Shown piece by piece: positions 1-13,210 of a stretch of DNA of 64,000 nt. The notes under the pieces were generated by a model that was not told where the DNA came from, searched no databases, and worked only from the letters and a program-made list of their open reading frames with translations. The position numbers and the translations under genes are program-made. The stretch is taken from NCBI GenBank assembly GCA_964016885.1, contig OZ024747.1, forward strand, positions 54,870,001 to 54,934,000, in the 5' to 3' direction. Within the stretch, counting starts at the first letter, position 1; every line of letters starts with the position of its first letter. The DNA is from Eledone cirrhosa. Lineage: Eukaryota.

Positions 1-314
1 GTGTGTGTACGTTTGTTTGAATATGCGTATGAATCATATAATGAATATATAGATACACTGATATGTACATAGCTCTCAGCTCAATACGTTTCCGCAGGTT
101 TTTAGAACAAATGAAGCACATGTGCACACAAGGCTGCATATGCTAATGAAGAGTATGTCTGTACAAAGTACTAGAACACTTCATAGATGTACAATACATG
201 CAGTTGACAGGGATGAAATAGAATTTGACTGGAATACATGCTCGCATACATCATTCATACACACTCACAGAGACAGACTCACACTCACACACACATACAC
301 ACTCATACACACAA

Positions 315-350
<36 letters not shown>

Positions 351-492
351 TACAATGACGTATTATATTCGTTTTTCCCGTTCTTTGCCAGGGAACGTTT
401 CCACGAACCAAAGTATCGTCTTCCTGTCTTCCTCCGGTTGCAACGTTTTTTGAAATATTCACTTCTGCGTTCACAGATTGACTTTGTTAGTT

Positions 493-562
493 TCAGAAGA
501 TCCCGTTAAGGGTGAAAGCAGCAATTCTTTGCTTAAACTTTAATCTGTTATTTTAATAAATA
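493..562 (+). repeat. Dispersed repeat fragment, same family as 30384-30545
   Basis: tcagaagatcccgttaagggtgaaagcagcaattctttgcttaaactttaatctgttattttaataaata is near-identical to 30384-30453. Confidence 0.75.
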
Positions 563-631
563 CATATATATATATACACATTATATATATATATATGTAT
601 ACATACACATACACTCACACACACACACACA

Positions 632-711
<80 letters not shown>

Positions 712-1755
712 AATATATTTTTCAAAGTATCCCCGTTTATTAAAATCTCTTAGCCAATGACATTCTTCCAAACCTCAAACCCCACCTTCCCCAACGACCA
801 GAAGTCATAACATTATAACAGCTATTCAAGGACAGTCAGCTTTCCAGGTGATCTCTTTTCAATAGAACAATTCTAATCTTGCCGAAGCTAGACTCGACAA
901 TATAGATAGGATATTTAGTAGCTTTCGTTCCAGCGCTAAGCCATCAAATCCCGTCGAGGGGGAATAATGATTCTCATACTGTCGAGGTCGATCAAAACAT
1001 TGATCTTCTTCACCCATTTCTCATTTCGATTCTATATTGCTCTCTGACAGAAATCGGGAGTGTTTTCCAAATATGGTAAGGGCATGGACTACACCATTTT
1101 TTAAACAAGAAATGACACATGTCCTACGCTACAGCTCCACCTGATGTTACGAATACTTTTCCTCTGCTGCTACACCGTCTTTTTCGTTCTATGTATCTTT
1201 ACACTTTCTAGCAGTCTCTTTCTCTGTTAGCCTCTTCCTCACCCTTCATTCACTCATTCTCTGTCACTACCCCTCCTCCTCCTCTTTCTTCCCGTTTGAC
1301 CTATGAGTAAATCTTTTCTCTCACATTCTCGGCCAAGCTGGTCGGAATTTTTTCTCTCTCGTCTACGATTTCACAGAACTTATGTTTAACGAATTCGCAG
1401 ACCAGACCCCTTCTTCCTCCCGTTAGACCTGTGCGAAATTCCTTCCTTGTTCACATTTCAACCAGGTTTGATGGTCTTTATTCTCTCGTTCACGATTTCA
1501 CCGAACTTAAATTCATAGACATCTGGGTCTTGTCTCCTTCTTCCTCACTTTCTGTTGCTTCACCATTTTGTTTGTTTACCCTCGCGTCCCCTTTATTTAC
1601 GTGTCCCAACGACTTTTTTTAGCCGTTGCTCGCACCAACCGGAGGTATATGGTCTTTAAAGCGATGAAATGCCTATGATAGTTGGAAGATCACTGATGAA
1701 GGACAAACTTTTTTCATATGTAACCCATTTGCAACTCCGCAGCGCCCTTATTATC

Positions 1756-1803
<48 letters not shown>

Positions 1804-2131
1804 ACAGGTAGAAAGAGACGATTATGAGGAAGAAAAATATTTTTTTGTTCCTTTTTTTGTCCCTCTCTCTCTCTTTTCTGCGTTAGAAAATGATTAAAAC
1901 GAAATGTGTTAGTTAGTGTGAAGTGTTAAGGTATTAGTTGATTTATTTATTATTTAACAATGGCATTTATTTATCTATTTATATATTTAATTATTGTGTA
2001 TATATATGTTGTGTATATATATAATTGAAAAAGTGGAGAATAACATAGTCACAAAACAAAAACGGGATTTATTTACACTCTAAAATATTCACAACCTCTA
2101 ACTGCATTACCTATAACGATATTTTGTCATC

Positions 2132-2238
<107 letters not shown>

Positions 2239-2268
2239 CTTCTCGCTAAAACAATTTCTATACCTTTC

Positions 2269-2305
<37 letters not shown>

Positions 2306-2456
2306 TATACATTTATACATACATATACACCCAGCCTTATATATATATATATGAGCGGCCGACCGGGCTAGAAGCTGCTAAATGTTCGGCCGCCCTAATG
2401 ATTCTAATGTTCAGCCCCAGGGAATTTGTCTACTATACTCCTTTGTTATATTTCGA

Positions 2457-2514
2457 ATACCTGATGATGTCACCGGATTCATACTGAACCCAGTCACTGA
2501 AATGATCATAGTAT
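2457..2514 (+). ncRNA. Minimal type-I hammerhead ribozyme motif (family A)
   Basis: ATAC-CTGATGA-[long imperfect stem II]-GAAA-TGATCA-TA-GTAT. Stem I is ATAC/GTAT, stem III is the palindrome ATGATCAT, predicted cleavage after AUA. Confidence 0.7.
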
Positions 2515-2614
2515 AATAAACCTTTTAAGGAATTACACCAGTCCAGTATCCTGTTATTTTACAAAAAAAAAAAAAATATATATATATATATATATATCTA
2601 AGGCGGGTAAAATT

Positions 2615-2730
2615 CCCGAGATCCATGGACGAGTTCTCTCCAGCGGTCTCTGTCCCTCATTATCGCTGCCATATCCTGCATCTCCAACAGACCAGTGTCT
2701 GTCCTTAGGGCATCAACATATGTTAACCTT
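2615..2730 (-). mobile_element. 3' end fragment of an RTE-type LINE
   Basis: Minus strand translates to RLTYVDALRTDTGLLEMQDMAAIMRDRDRWRELVHG, resembling an RTE-clade ORF C-terminus. Confidence 0.6.
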
Positions 2731-3007
2731 ATATATATATAGGTGGGTGTATATGTGTGTATAAATGTATAACTTGATTAAAACAAAAGGAGACCGGGCT
2801 CGTAATACTTTCAAAAATTACTATATATAATCCAATGACCTAGATCCGCATGATCCGGGTAGCAGCATCGGATGCGGATTGCATAATTAGTTGGTCTATA
2901 AAGGAATGGTCTGCAGGAACAATAGCACATATTTAGTGGGCTATCTCAGAACAATTTATTTTCTTTATTCTGTTTGTGTTTTTCTTTATTAGCTAATTAT
3001 GCCAAGA

Positions 3008-3115
3008 GAATCTGATGATGTCACCAAGATTTTACGTAGCCAGACTATTGAAATATGTATAGAGGTTTTTGCACCAATATAACTTTAAAACAATATTACA
3101 CCAGTTCTGTTATTT
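3008..3115 (+). repeat. Degenerate copy of the family A HHR element
   Basis: ctgatgatgtcacc...gaaatatgtata...attacaccagt..ctgttatttt parallels 2461-2560, but the stems have decayed. Confidence 0.55.
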
Positions 3116-3273
3116 TAGTCAAATTAATATTCAACTACGTTACTGCACCAGCCACGGGATTCAACATAACAATCGATGTGTTGCATAAAGTAGAGTCCTT
3201 TTGCTTCTGTTACACATTGGTCAACTAAACGGAATGACCAATACTATCCATTGGCGGACCACAAATAATGATT

Positions 3274-3364
<91 letters not shown>

Positions 3365-3420
3365 ACGGCGATGAATTAGTTTTGCGAGGTTTTTTATATG
3401 AAATCGTGTGTCGAAACAAA

Positions 3421-4067
3421 TATTGTTATACTTGGGGACGGTTATATTTGTGTAATATTGCCAGAATTAATAACAGAACACACTCACTGTTTGGTTGGTT
3501 TTCGCTTTTCGCTTGTGTGTCTTTTATATCGGTAATATAATTTATTCGGTCCTCAATGTTGCCATTGACTGACCGACGGTCAAAAATAATACATATACAA
3601 TATAGACACAAACACATATATAGTTTATCAAAGTTCTAGTAAAGATAGAATACATTAACCAATACACAGTCACCCAATCACGAACACACATCAAACAAAA
3701 CACTATACACACACGCAAACGCATGCGCAAAGAAGACAAAATAAAATAAACAAATACATAAATATATAAACAGACTAAATAAAGATGGCGTAGAAAATAC
3801 AATGCAACGGGAGGAAACAATAGCACCACTGACGATGTTGCAGATGTGCAACGAAAGAACTTTGATAAACTATATATATGTGTTTGTGTCTATATTGTAT
3901 CTGAATTATTTTTGACCGTTGGTCAGTCAATGGCAACATTGAGGACCGAATAAATTAGATTACCGATATAAAAGACACAAAAGCGAAAAGCCAAAACCAA
4001 CCAAACAGTGAGTGTGTTCTGTTATTAATTCTGGCAATATTACACAAATATGACCGTCCCCAAGTAT

Positions 4068-4074
<7 letters not shown>
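3421..4074. mobile_element. Fold-back element in (TA)n with ~215-bp inverted arms and an HHR next to the right arm (Penelope pLTR-like)
   Basis: 3421-3636 is the reverse complement of ~3856-4074 with a few mismatches; both flanks are TA tracts. Confidence 0.8.
3825..3866 (+). ncRNA. Minimal hammerhead ribozyme motif (family B)
   Basis: ACCA-CTGACGA-T-GTTGCA-GATG-TGCAAC-GAAA-GAAC-TT-TGAT. Stem II is a perfect 6 bp; stem I pairs 3 of 4 bp. Confidence 0.75.
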
Positions 4075-4132
<58 letters not shown>

Positions 4133-4165
4133 TTTATTCAAATTTCTTATTACTACTATATATAT

Positions 4166-4197
<32 letters not shown>

Positions 4198-4273
4198 TAA
4201 TTTATTCAAATTTCTTATTACTACTATATATATATATATATATATATATTAATTTATTCAAATTTCTTATTAC

Positions 4274-4331
<58 letters not shown>

Positions 4332-4334
<3 letters not shown>

Positions 4335-4515
4335 ACAAAGGTCAGGACTCCGACGGCTAAACTTGGGCTGTTTCGACAGCTAGATCCGTACAGCTGACGA
4401 AACGGCCGTAGCTCAGCCGTAGTCCTGACTCTTTTCCTATTACCCACTCTACTCCCCTAAGTATCGAGTACTCTGGTGCGCTATGGCCCACCTGGCTTCT
4501 TACCACACTTTCTTT
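4332..4515 (+). mobile_element. GC-rich hairpin-plus-tail element in (TA)n, same family as 35985-36143 and 44590-44768
   Basis: Imperfect inverted repeat followed by the shared tail cctattacccactctact...cacctgg..cttaccacac. Confidence 0.75.
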
Positions 4516-4632
4516 ATTTTATACACACACACACACAGACACACACGTATATATATATATATATGAAATAGTTATATTTTTGTCAATATTTATATTATTA
4601 CTACTCCCTTTTATTATTTAAATCATGGTAAT

Positions 4633-5490
4633 GGGCGGGGAATTGGCAGTATCGGTAGAGGGTTGGACGCCATGCTTTGACGCACAATTACGTCCCTTTA
4701 CTGTCTGAGTTCAAATCCCCCCGAGGTTAACTTTGCCTTTCATCCTTACGGGGTCGATAAAATAAAGTACCAGTAATGTACTGGGTAATTGCTGGCCTTG
4801 TGCCTAAAGTAGAAGCAATTATTTAAATCATAGTTACGTTCCTTTACGGTCTGTTTTCAAATCCCGCCGAGCTTAACTTTGCCTTTCATCCTTACGGGTT
4901 CGAGAAAATAAAGTACCAGTAACGTACTGGGGTAATTGCTGGCCTTGTGCAAAAGTAGAAACACTTATTTAAATTAATCATAGTTGAGTTGTTTATTTTC
5001 GGGGATTTAGTGACCTTCTTCAGGCTTCCTTCTATCCTCTGACTTTTTAAGTCAGACTGTATGACCTTCAATACAAAAAACATGCGGTTTGTGTATTTTA
5101 TAATATATGTGCATCATTTTTGCTGGAAGAGCTTTACTGTATGGAAGTTTTAACACCCCAGGCCATTTAACTTAAATGTTTTTTGCAAAAACTGTAATGT
5201 ACGCTTTTTGCAAAAACTGTAATGTACGCTTAAAGACTATCCTTACTGATGATGTTGACGTCTTAATTACAGGTTATTATTTTAATTAGTAATTAAAAGG
5301 GCGGTGGATTGGCAGTATCGGTGGAGGGTCGGACGCCATGCTTTCCAGCATAGTTACGTCCCTTTACGATCTGAGTTCAGTTTCCGCCGAGGTTGACTTT
5401 GCCTTTCATCCTTACGGGGTAGATAAAATAAAGTACCAGTAATACACTGGATAATTGCTGGCCTTGTGCCTAAAGTAGAAACAATTATTT
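4633..5490 (+). mobile_element. Three tRNA-derived SINE copies (4633-4822, partial 4829-4970, 5298-5490)
   Basis: A-box-like TGGCAGTATCGG, B-box GAGTTCAAATCC, body ctttgcctttcatccttacggggtcgataaaataaagtaccagt, tail gctggccttgtgcctaaagtagaaacaattatt. Confidence 0.9.
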
Positions 5491-6055
5491 TAATTAGTAA
5501 TTTTTCTTTTTCAAATGAAACCGTATGGTATACACAAATGTTTGTAATTAAAATTAGCTTTATTTTCTTTTAGAGTGTATCTTTGCTTGTAATGCTATCA
5601 ACCATATATTATACATAATCACACATAAATATAATTTGTATAAATGAACTTCAATGTAATATAGTGTATAACCTGTAATTTGCAATCTTGAGGGTGCATA
5701 TTCGACTCTCGGTTCGAATAATGTGCTGTGACCTTGAACAAAACATTTTATTTCACCTTGTTCCGGACTACTCAGCTGTGGAAAGTATTAATGATGTCAC
5801 TGCTGCCATGTTGTATTGGCCATTACTTTTTCCTTGGACAACATTACTGGTGTGGAGAGAGGACACCAGTATGTACAACTTTTCCCAGGCTTGTTTTTCG
5901 AAGGGGAACTTATCTTTTATCGGTTATTCGTGACCGAAGGGGTTCTTATCTATTTTACATATTTGTAGGCAAAATGTAACTGGTAACAAAAAATCACTAA
6001 ACACAATATAATTAAGAAATATGTTAGTTTATCACTTGATATTGTGGGAAAAGTA

Positions 6056-6165
6056 TATTTACGTTTCTGACGCTAGACCTTCATCAAAAGATAACATGAG
6101 AAATAGAATATGGAATAGAAAGATAGAGAGTGAGAAAAGGAAGGTAAGAAAAATCCATCTGGAAA
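6056..6165 (-). repeat. Degenerate copy of the family C HHR element
   Basis: Minus strand reads TTGATGAAGGTCTAGCGTCAGAAACGT, homologous to 8853-8888 and 32986-33021. Confidence 0.6.
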
Positions 6166-6299
6166 AGGTAAATACAACGTATCTGCAACTACTGCTTGAA
6201 CTTTAGTTTGCAAATATTAAATCATCTCTTTCCGGTTTTTCCGCATAAAACCGCACTTCTTTCTGTGTGTAATACGACACTCTATGGATTATAAACTCA

Positions 6300-7660
6300 A
6301 TATGTCACTTTATCATTTAAACATTAATCCTGTAATTTAGGGTTTTGAATTAGATGCCTCCTAATTTTGTCTATTAGGATACACCAACTTAATTCGGGTG
6401 TCTGTCTATTTATTTTTTCTCTTTCTTTTTTTTTTATTACAAGTATTATTTAATCCGATTGATATTTCTATAGAAATATGAAAACTCTATAGTAACCTAG
6501 TAAAGGTTAACCAGAATAAAGTGCCGTATTAATTGTAAAGACATAGAGTCAGATTAAATCCAGAAAGAAAAACGTGAAGAACCTGGTTAAATGATGAAAC
6601 TAAAACGTATAGAAACGTTAGAGTGATTAAAAATAAAAAGAGTAGAGCGTCAGAACTATAGAAATATTGGAGGGGTGAATTAGTAAGAGTAAACACATAA
6701 TGCCGGATTAAATGTAGAAAACTTAATGTGGTATATTGTGTGTAAAACCATACTGTACCTGAATAATTTTTAAAACGGTTTTGTACCGGATTAATCATAC
6801 AAATGATTTAAAAGCGGTATCAAGTAGAGCAACAGAAGACAGCTGGATTTATATTAAAAACATAAAGAGACGGATTAAATGTTCAAAAGATAATATGGGC
6901 CTGATTAAATATAGATTGTGAATTTACCGGATTAACTTGAGGAACCTTAAAGTACAGGATTAAATGTTGAAACATTTAATTGCCGGATTATGAAAAAACT
7001 TGGCAACTGCTGGATTAAATATTGAGACAGGAATGAGCTGGAATAAATGAAGAAAACATACAGATGAAATGATGTACTGAATTAACTCAAGAAAGAGAAA
7101 ATCGCTGGATTTAATTTGACGTTTCAACCGTTAATCTGGCATGTTACGGCTTGTACATATAATCCGGCACTTTATCGTTTCTTCCATGGTTTCTATGTTT
7201 TCTATGGCACTATACCGTCTAAAATAAATCTGCTACATGCATATATATTTTCTAGGTTTCAAAATTTAAGTTGTCACTATCGTTTTTACATTTAAGCCGG
7301 CACTCTATAATTTCTCAACATAAATTGACATATCTTGGTTTCAACATTTAAGCCCGTACTATACATTTGCCTTAGTTAATCCGATATTTCATGGTTTCTA
7401 TGTTTAATCCGGTGCTGTACCGACACTACATAAAAATTCGTGTCTTATATTTCAACATATAATCCAGTTCTTGTCAGTTGTTGCTTCCACTCTCGCATAT
7501 TATTGTCTCTACATTTGATGCAACATTCTATAGTTTCTTAACATGATGCTGTACTTTATTGTTTAAATAGTATACTTTAGGGTTTCGTTATTTAGTCTCC
7601 CACATTTCAATTTATACATTTAATCTGACACTCCAAGTATTATTTATTTAATCTCACACA
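6300..7660. repeat. Degenerate ~28-30 bp minisatellite with (CC)GGATTAAA/TTTAATCC(GG) core and orientation switches
   Basis: ggattaa recurs across ~6700-7110; ttaatcc(gg) recurs across ~6320-6460 and ~7130-7650. Confidence 0.65.
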
Positions 7661-8009
7661 CTATCGTTGTGACCTTGAGTATGAGAATTTATTTTACGTT
7701 GCTTCTGTGTACTCAGCGAGCACTATTTATTTATATCTGTATTGCCATGAGACAGCTTTGTTACACAATGTGCCACACTGGATCACTCTGTGATCTATGT
7801 TACCGATAGACATAACTGGGGAATATTCTGTTATTTGCTCGATTATTTCCTGAGCGGTCCTTCCGTTGATCAAAACAACCGGAGTACACAACGAGAGAAT
7901 TGATGGAGGCCCAAGATACTCAATGTAGATATATTAATGTTGCTGTTAATACCAATTAAAAAAGAACAACTAAGTGTAAAGTCAGTGTCGAGGCCAGAAG
8001 CTCAACAGA

Positions 8010-8225
8010 CAGGTGCTTATCCCGGTTACCATGGCGTGAGGCGACTGTGAATACAAGACTACCACATGGACATGACGCTGCTACTCATTTACATTTGAAT
8101 ATACTGGAGCCACGTGGAATGAAGTGTTTTGTTCAAGAACACAATACACAACCCAGCCCATGAATTGAACCTATGTCATCATGATCGTAAGTCAAACACC
8201 CTTACCGCTAAGCCACGCATCTCCA
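8010..8225 (-). mobile_element. Second tRNA-derived SINE family, degraded copy
   Basis: Minus strand ggagatgcgtggcttagcggtaagg...ggttcaattc...gtgttcttgaacaaaacacttc, homologous to 60998-61130 and 62930-63235. Confidence 0.7.
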
Positions 8226-8525
8226 ATATATCACTACGTAACCATGGAAAGACGTCAGTCACAAACATGTAATAAGTCATGTAACATCTGATAATCAGGT
8301 CAGAGAAAATAAATCCTACGATACATCAAACATGAAATAGTCTTAAAATGAGTATAACTCAATATCTGAAGTTTTAAATCTGCTACAGAAATACAAAAGA
8401 GAGATTAAATGCCATTGTGTATACATTACAGTGAAAAGGGATTTGGGCATGTGCATATGTTTACGAACATATGTATACATTAATATGATTGGGCTGACGC
8501 TATGAGGTGGGAGTGTATATGTGTG

Positions 8526-8592
<67 letters not shown>

Positions 8593-8623
8593 CATGAGGA
8601 TATTGGCGTATGTATATGACCCG

Positions 8624-8654
<31 letters not shown>

Positions 8655-8852
8655 TAGCGTGTAAGGTCGTATATGTGTATAAAAGTCTATGTATATAAAC
8701 GTGTAGATGCATATGTGGAATGGATTTGTTGGGGCAAGTAAGTGTAAGTACGTAAAGATGGGAATATGAATGGAACTGTTATTTTTCTCTTAAAAACATT
8801 CTTTCCGATTCCGCCCCGCCCGTCCCTTCAATCTTTCTAATTTCACATTATT

Positions 8853-8888
8853 TCTTCTGATGAAGAAATAGCGTCCGAAACATTAAGA
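8853..8888 (+). ncRNA. Hammerhead motif family C with decayed stem II
   Basis: TCTT-CTGATGA-AGAAATAGCGTCC-GAAACATT-AAGA. The upstream ~75 bp are homologous to 33020-33090 on the minus strand. Confidence 0.6.
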
Positions 8889-9021
8889 CCTTCACTCTCT
8901 CTCTCTTTATATACATATATATATATATATATAGTATGCTAGGGAAAGGATCAGGGGTGTATAACACTCCACTTATCCAGCAGGCAGTATGAGGTTAGCT
9001 CAATGTAAGGACAGAGCCGTA

Positions 9022-9290
9022 ATATAATAAATAAATAACAAAGAACGCTTATAGCATATGCATATCTTTACTTGCTAACATTGTTTCATCCGCACTATAA
9101 GTGGGACTCATCAGAGCATAAAGGTTAATTACATACCATACAAGCAATAACAAATGATTTGTTATTGCTTGTATGGTATGTAATTAACCTTTATGCTCTG
9201 ATGAGTCCCACTTATAGTGCGGATGAAACAATGTTAGCAAGTAAAGATATGCATATGCTATAAGCGTTCTTTGTTATTTATTTATTATAT
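9022..9290. repeat. Perfect 269-bp palindrome (1-nt centre at 9156) with an HHR on each strand
   Basis: 9022-9155 is the exact reverse complement of 9157-9290 by visual comparison; it ends in a TA tract. Confidence 0.9.
9194..9239 (+). ncRNA. Hammerhead ribozyme motif (family D); mirror copy at 9073-9118 on the minus strand
   Basis: TGCT-CTGATGA-GTCC-CAC-TTATA-GTG-C-GGAT-GAAAC-AAT-GTT-AGCA. Canonical CUGAUGAGUCC...GGAUGAAAC core, stem I TGCT/AGCA, GUU site. Confidence 0.85.
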
Positions 9291-9765
9291 ATATATATAT
9301 ATATATATTTCTAAGAGTGAGTGTGCGTATCTGTGCATACCGATGTGTGTGTGGATGCGTGAAAGTGTGTGTGTGTGGCTGTTTGAAGGGGTAGCGGCAT
9401 TTTTAATATATAAATGTGATTATTGTGTGATTACCTGTGTTGTTTCTGGAATGTGAAGAAAAAAGTGAAATTTGAATTGATACAATAACATAGGTACATA
9501 CATATATACAGTTGTATGTATGTATGTATGTATGTATGTATGTATGTATGTATGTATGTATGTATGTATGTATTATGTATGTATGTATGTATGTATGTAT
9601 GTATGTATGTATAATATGGGCAAAGAAATAAGTAGGGATATGTTATTTGATATGAGAGCTTAAGCATAGTTTACACATTGAAATTAGACATTACATATAT
9701 ATCTGGCCTTCAATATTCGAACACATGTATATAGAGAATGTAGTCCCATAGACACACATATGCCT

Positions 9766-9897
<132 letters not shown>

Positions 9898-9944
9898 AAT
9901 TCGTGTGTATGTGTGTATATATGACCATCTTTGTGCATTATATA

Positions 9945-10062
9945 TCTGAGTTCAAATCCCCCCAAGATTAACTTTGCATTTCATCCTTACGGTGTCGATA
10001 AAATATAGTACCAGTAATGTACTGGGTAATTGCTGGCCTCGTGTCAAAAGTAGAAACAATTA
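9945..10062 (+). mobile_element. 5'-truncated SINE copy
   Basis: B-box, body and tail of the dominant SINE. Confidence 0.85.
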
Positions 10063-10129
10063 CACACACACATATATATATATATATATGTGTGTGTGTA
10101 TGTGTGTGTGTGTGTATGTGTGTGTGTGT

Positions 10130-10203
<74 letters not shown>

Positions 10204-10508
10204 GTGTATTTGTGTATGTATATATATATTTGAAAATATACATATGTAAGATCTTAAGGCTTATTTCACTGAAAACATTTCAACTGACTGAAGCCCACAC
10301 ACACAACACACACATGCAAGAACCTCTTTAAATCTTCTGACGCTAAGCTTTCTCACCTATCTAGTTAGTGATAAATAAACAAAGAACAAATTCGAAAAAG
10401 ATAAACAAATTCTTTAAGAAAAAATTTGTACATAAAATATACATAGACACATATTCCTATTATACACACACGCATACATACACACATACACACACGCACA
10501 CACACACA

Positions 10509-10629
<121 letters not shown>

Positions 10630-10951
10630 AGCAAAATTCGTAACGATACAAAATGGAGGAACGTGGTAGATAAAAAAACTCAGCTGCCACTCCCTTTTGA
10701 AAGGATTATATTGAATCATGCAACAAAGAAAATTAGTTTTAACAAATAAAATTTTATAAAACGTTTTCTTTATATACTTAACTGTTTCTTTCGTTGAAAT
10801 CTTTCGGTTTCAAAGATCAGTTTCCACGCGAAATTACTTTTTTACGTAAATGTTCTATTTCTCCTTTTTATTTACTTTTATTATCTTTTATTCAATTACA
10901 CACAGCTTCCATTTGTGCTTAATGGCTTAAGGGGCTGAAAGAATACATACA

Positions 10952-11031
<80 letters not shown>

Positions 11032-11381
11032 CATTTATATACATATCTATATAATGAAAAGGAAACGAAGCAAAATAAAAATGTTTCAGAAATATAAAAT
11101 TTAAAAGATGTCTGTGCAGGTTCGTTGAGTTTTAAAAACCTTTTGTTTAGAATATCTTTTCTGTTTTCTATTTTCTTTGTCTAAGATTTACCAGACACTT
11201 TTTAAACTACTCCATATCTTGATATGTTTGGTAAAGTGAGATGAGCACTTAAGTGGCTTTGTTGTTCGATGATCCTCCATTTCTGCAATCTCCACTCACT
11301 ATATATTTATATATGTGTGGGCATATGTATAAACATACAGAATTAGACACGTGCATAAATACACACATATTCAAACACACA

Positions 11382-11489
<108 letters not shown>

Positions 11490-11719
11490 CAGTTATGTAT
11501 GTATACATATATATATAAATATATAAGTGTGTGTGGGTGGGTGTGTGTGCGTTTGAACTTGTTTATCTGTATGTATGCAGCTATACATACACACCCACAC
11601 GCGCACACACACACACTCCCCCCCCATATATATATATATATATATATATAAATGTGTATGTGTTTATACATACATACATACATACATACATAGATGCATG
11701 CATACATTCATACAGTCAT

Positions 11720-12345
11720 ACATGATGGCTGCCCCCTCGTTATCGAGTATGGCCATTGCACGATATACCAGTATTAATAATTATTAATTAATTCTATCGT
11801 GCAATGCCTGTGCGGGAAGATATTTGTTTAAAGTGAGGAAAGACTGTGCACTGAGCCAATCCCACTCTCTGAGCGACAGTAGCTGTAATCCGAAAACAAG
11901 AAAAGATCAACATCATCGGTTACTGAGCCGCAGGTTTTATATCGGAGTTATCCCAGTTTCCTGAGTTGCCTTCTCCTAGAAGAATGGCCTGACAAGGCTA
12001 GGGATCCTTTCGCAGTGATTTAACCGCGCGATCGGGTGTCCAGCTCGACTTTTTCTATGTCCCCGCGCATATACATACTCATGCACCCACGTATATACAC
12101 ATATACATATACATACATATGTACATGTGTATATACATATTTACACACTTTTGGATGGCCGTTGACGCTTATGAGTTCTTCTGCCCTTTGTCAGGTTTTG
12201 TTTTTTGTCCTGCAGGGTGTCCAAAATCACCCTCCCCACCAAGTAAACTTGTTGGGGTTGCTGGTTTAGACGGCGACGACCCGACCATGCGACAGGTTGT
12301 ACTGGGTTACATGTTACCAGTAACACGCAAGAGTGACCCGACATA
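11720..12345. mobile_element. Probable degraded RTE-type LINE 5' or UTR fragments
   Basis: GC-richer islands between microsatellites (gatggctgccccctcgttatcgagtatg; ccttctcctagaagaatggcctgacaaggcta) resembling RTE UTRs. Recognition from memory only; no ORF. Confidence 0.35.
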
Positions 12346-13064
12346 ATACATATATACCCGACAGTCATACATATATATACATACATATACACATATACAA
12401 ACTACGCACTCATTGAAGGACTGATATAGAATTCCGGATTAGAGTGTAGACTACCTTTTATATGTGGTTTACTATTTGGTATTGTCTAGTAACTGCATGG
12501 CATACATCTGGCCCTTTGTAGCTGTGCTGTGCTTGTTTTCTACTAGCTATAGACTCTGGTTCAATCGGTAAACCCTTAATGAAATCTGATGATGATAAAC
12601 ATTTGGAAAGCTTATAGAAGGACCTCATTTCTTTCTACGTTGCATCCTTACTCTACAATCCATTTTAGCACCACAACATGTCCTTCCATGGATTTTATAA
12701 TACCTGGTCGCACAAATATCATTGCAAACATCGACATGAGTCATTATGTATATGTAGCTATATACGTACATATATGTTATGTCCATATATATAAATACAT
12801 ATGTACATATACGATATGTATATATATATATGTATGTTATTTATAGATTCTTATATATACTCACATGTTTGAGTTCTCTCTATACATAAATCTAAAGAGA
12901 AGAATACGCATTACTGTGTGTTAATTAATGTATATTTCTGAAGTAAGGAATATCAATCTCACGCAGTGTCTTATAGATGTATATTCCGTATATTCCGATT
13001 CTTGTGTATAAGTAAATATTTTGTGAGATACATCATTATACCCATGTGTTCAAACTCTGCTGGA

Positions 13065-13210
13065 TAGGCAAAACTGGCAGAACGTCGGATAAAATTGCAT
13101 CGCGGCATTTGTCCTGGATATTGGCATTCTGAATTCAAATCCTGCTTAGGCCAACATTGCCTTTCAACCGCCCGTTGTCGATAAAATAAAGTATCAGGCA
13201 AGTGCATGGT
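13065..13210 (+). mobile_element. Old diverged SINE copy
   Basis: ctggcagaacgtcg...ttctgaattcaaatcc...tgcctttca...gtcgataaaataaagta. Confidence 0.7.

Noticed and set aside
493-530. CAGAAGA-TCCC-GTTAA-GGGT-GAAA as a hammerhead (also at 30385)
   Set aside because: The core reads CAG rather than CTG in both copies, and neither stem III nor stem I could be paired. Kept only as a repeat.
1000-1620. Possible LINE ORF1 or zinc-knuckle relic on the minus strand
   Set aside because: Only a vague WSCSVGHVS motif among many stops; insufficient.
4997-5030. Minus-strand CTGAAGA...GAAA
   Set aside because: Stem II is weak and there is no UH site or stem I partner.
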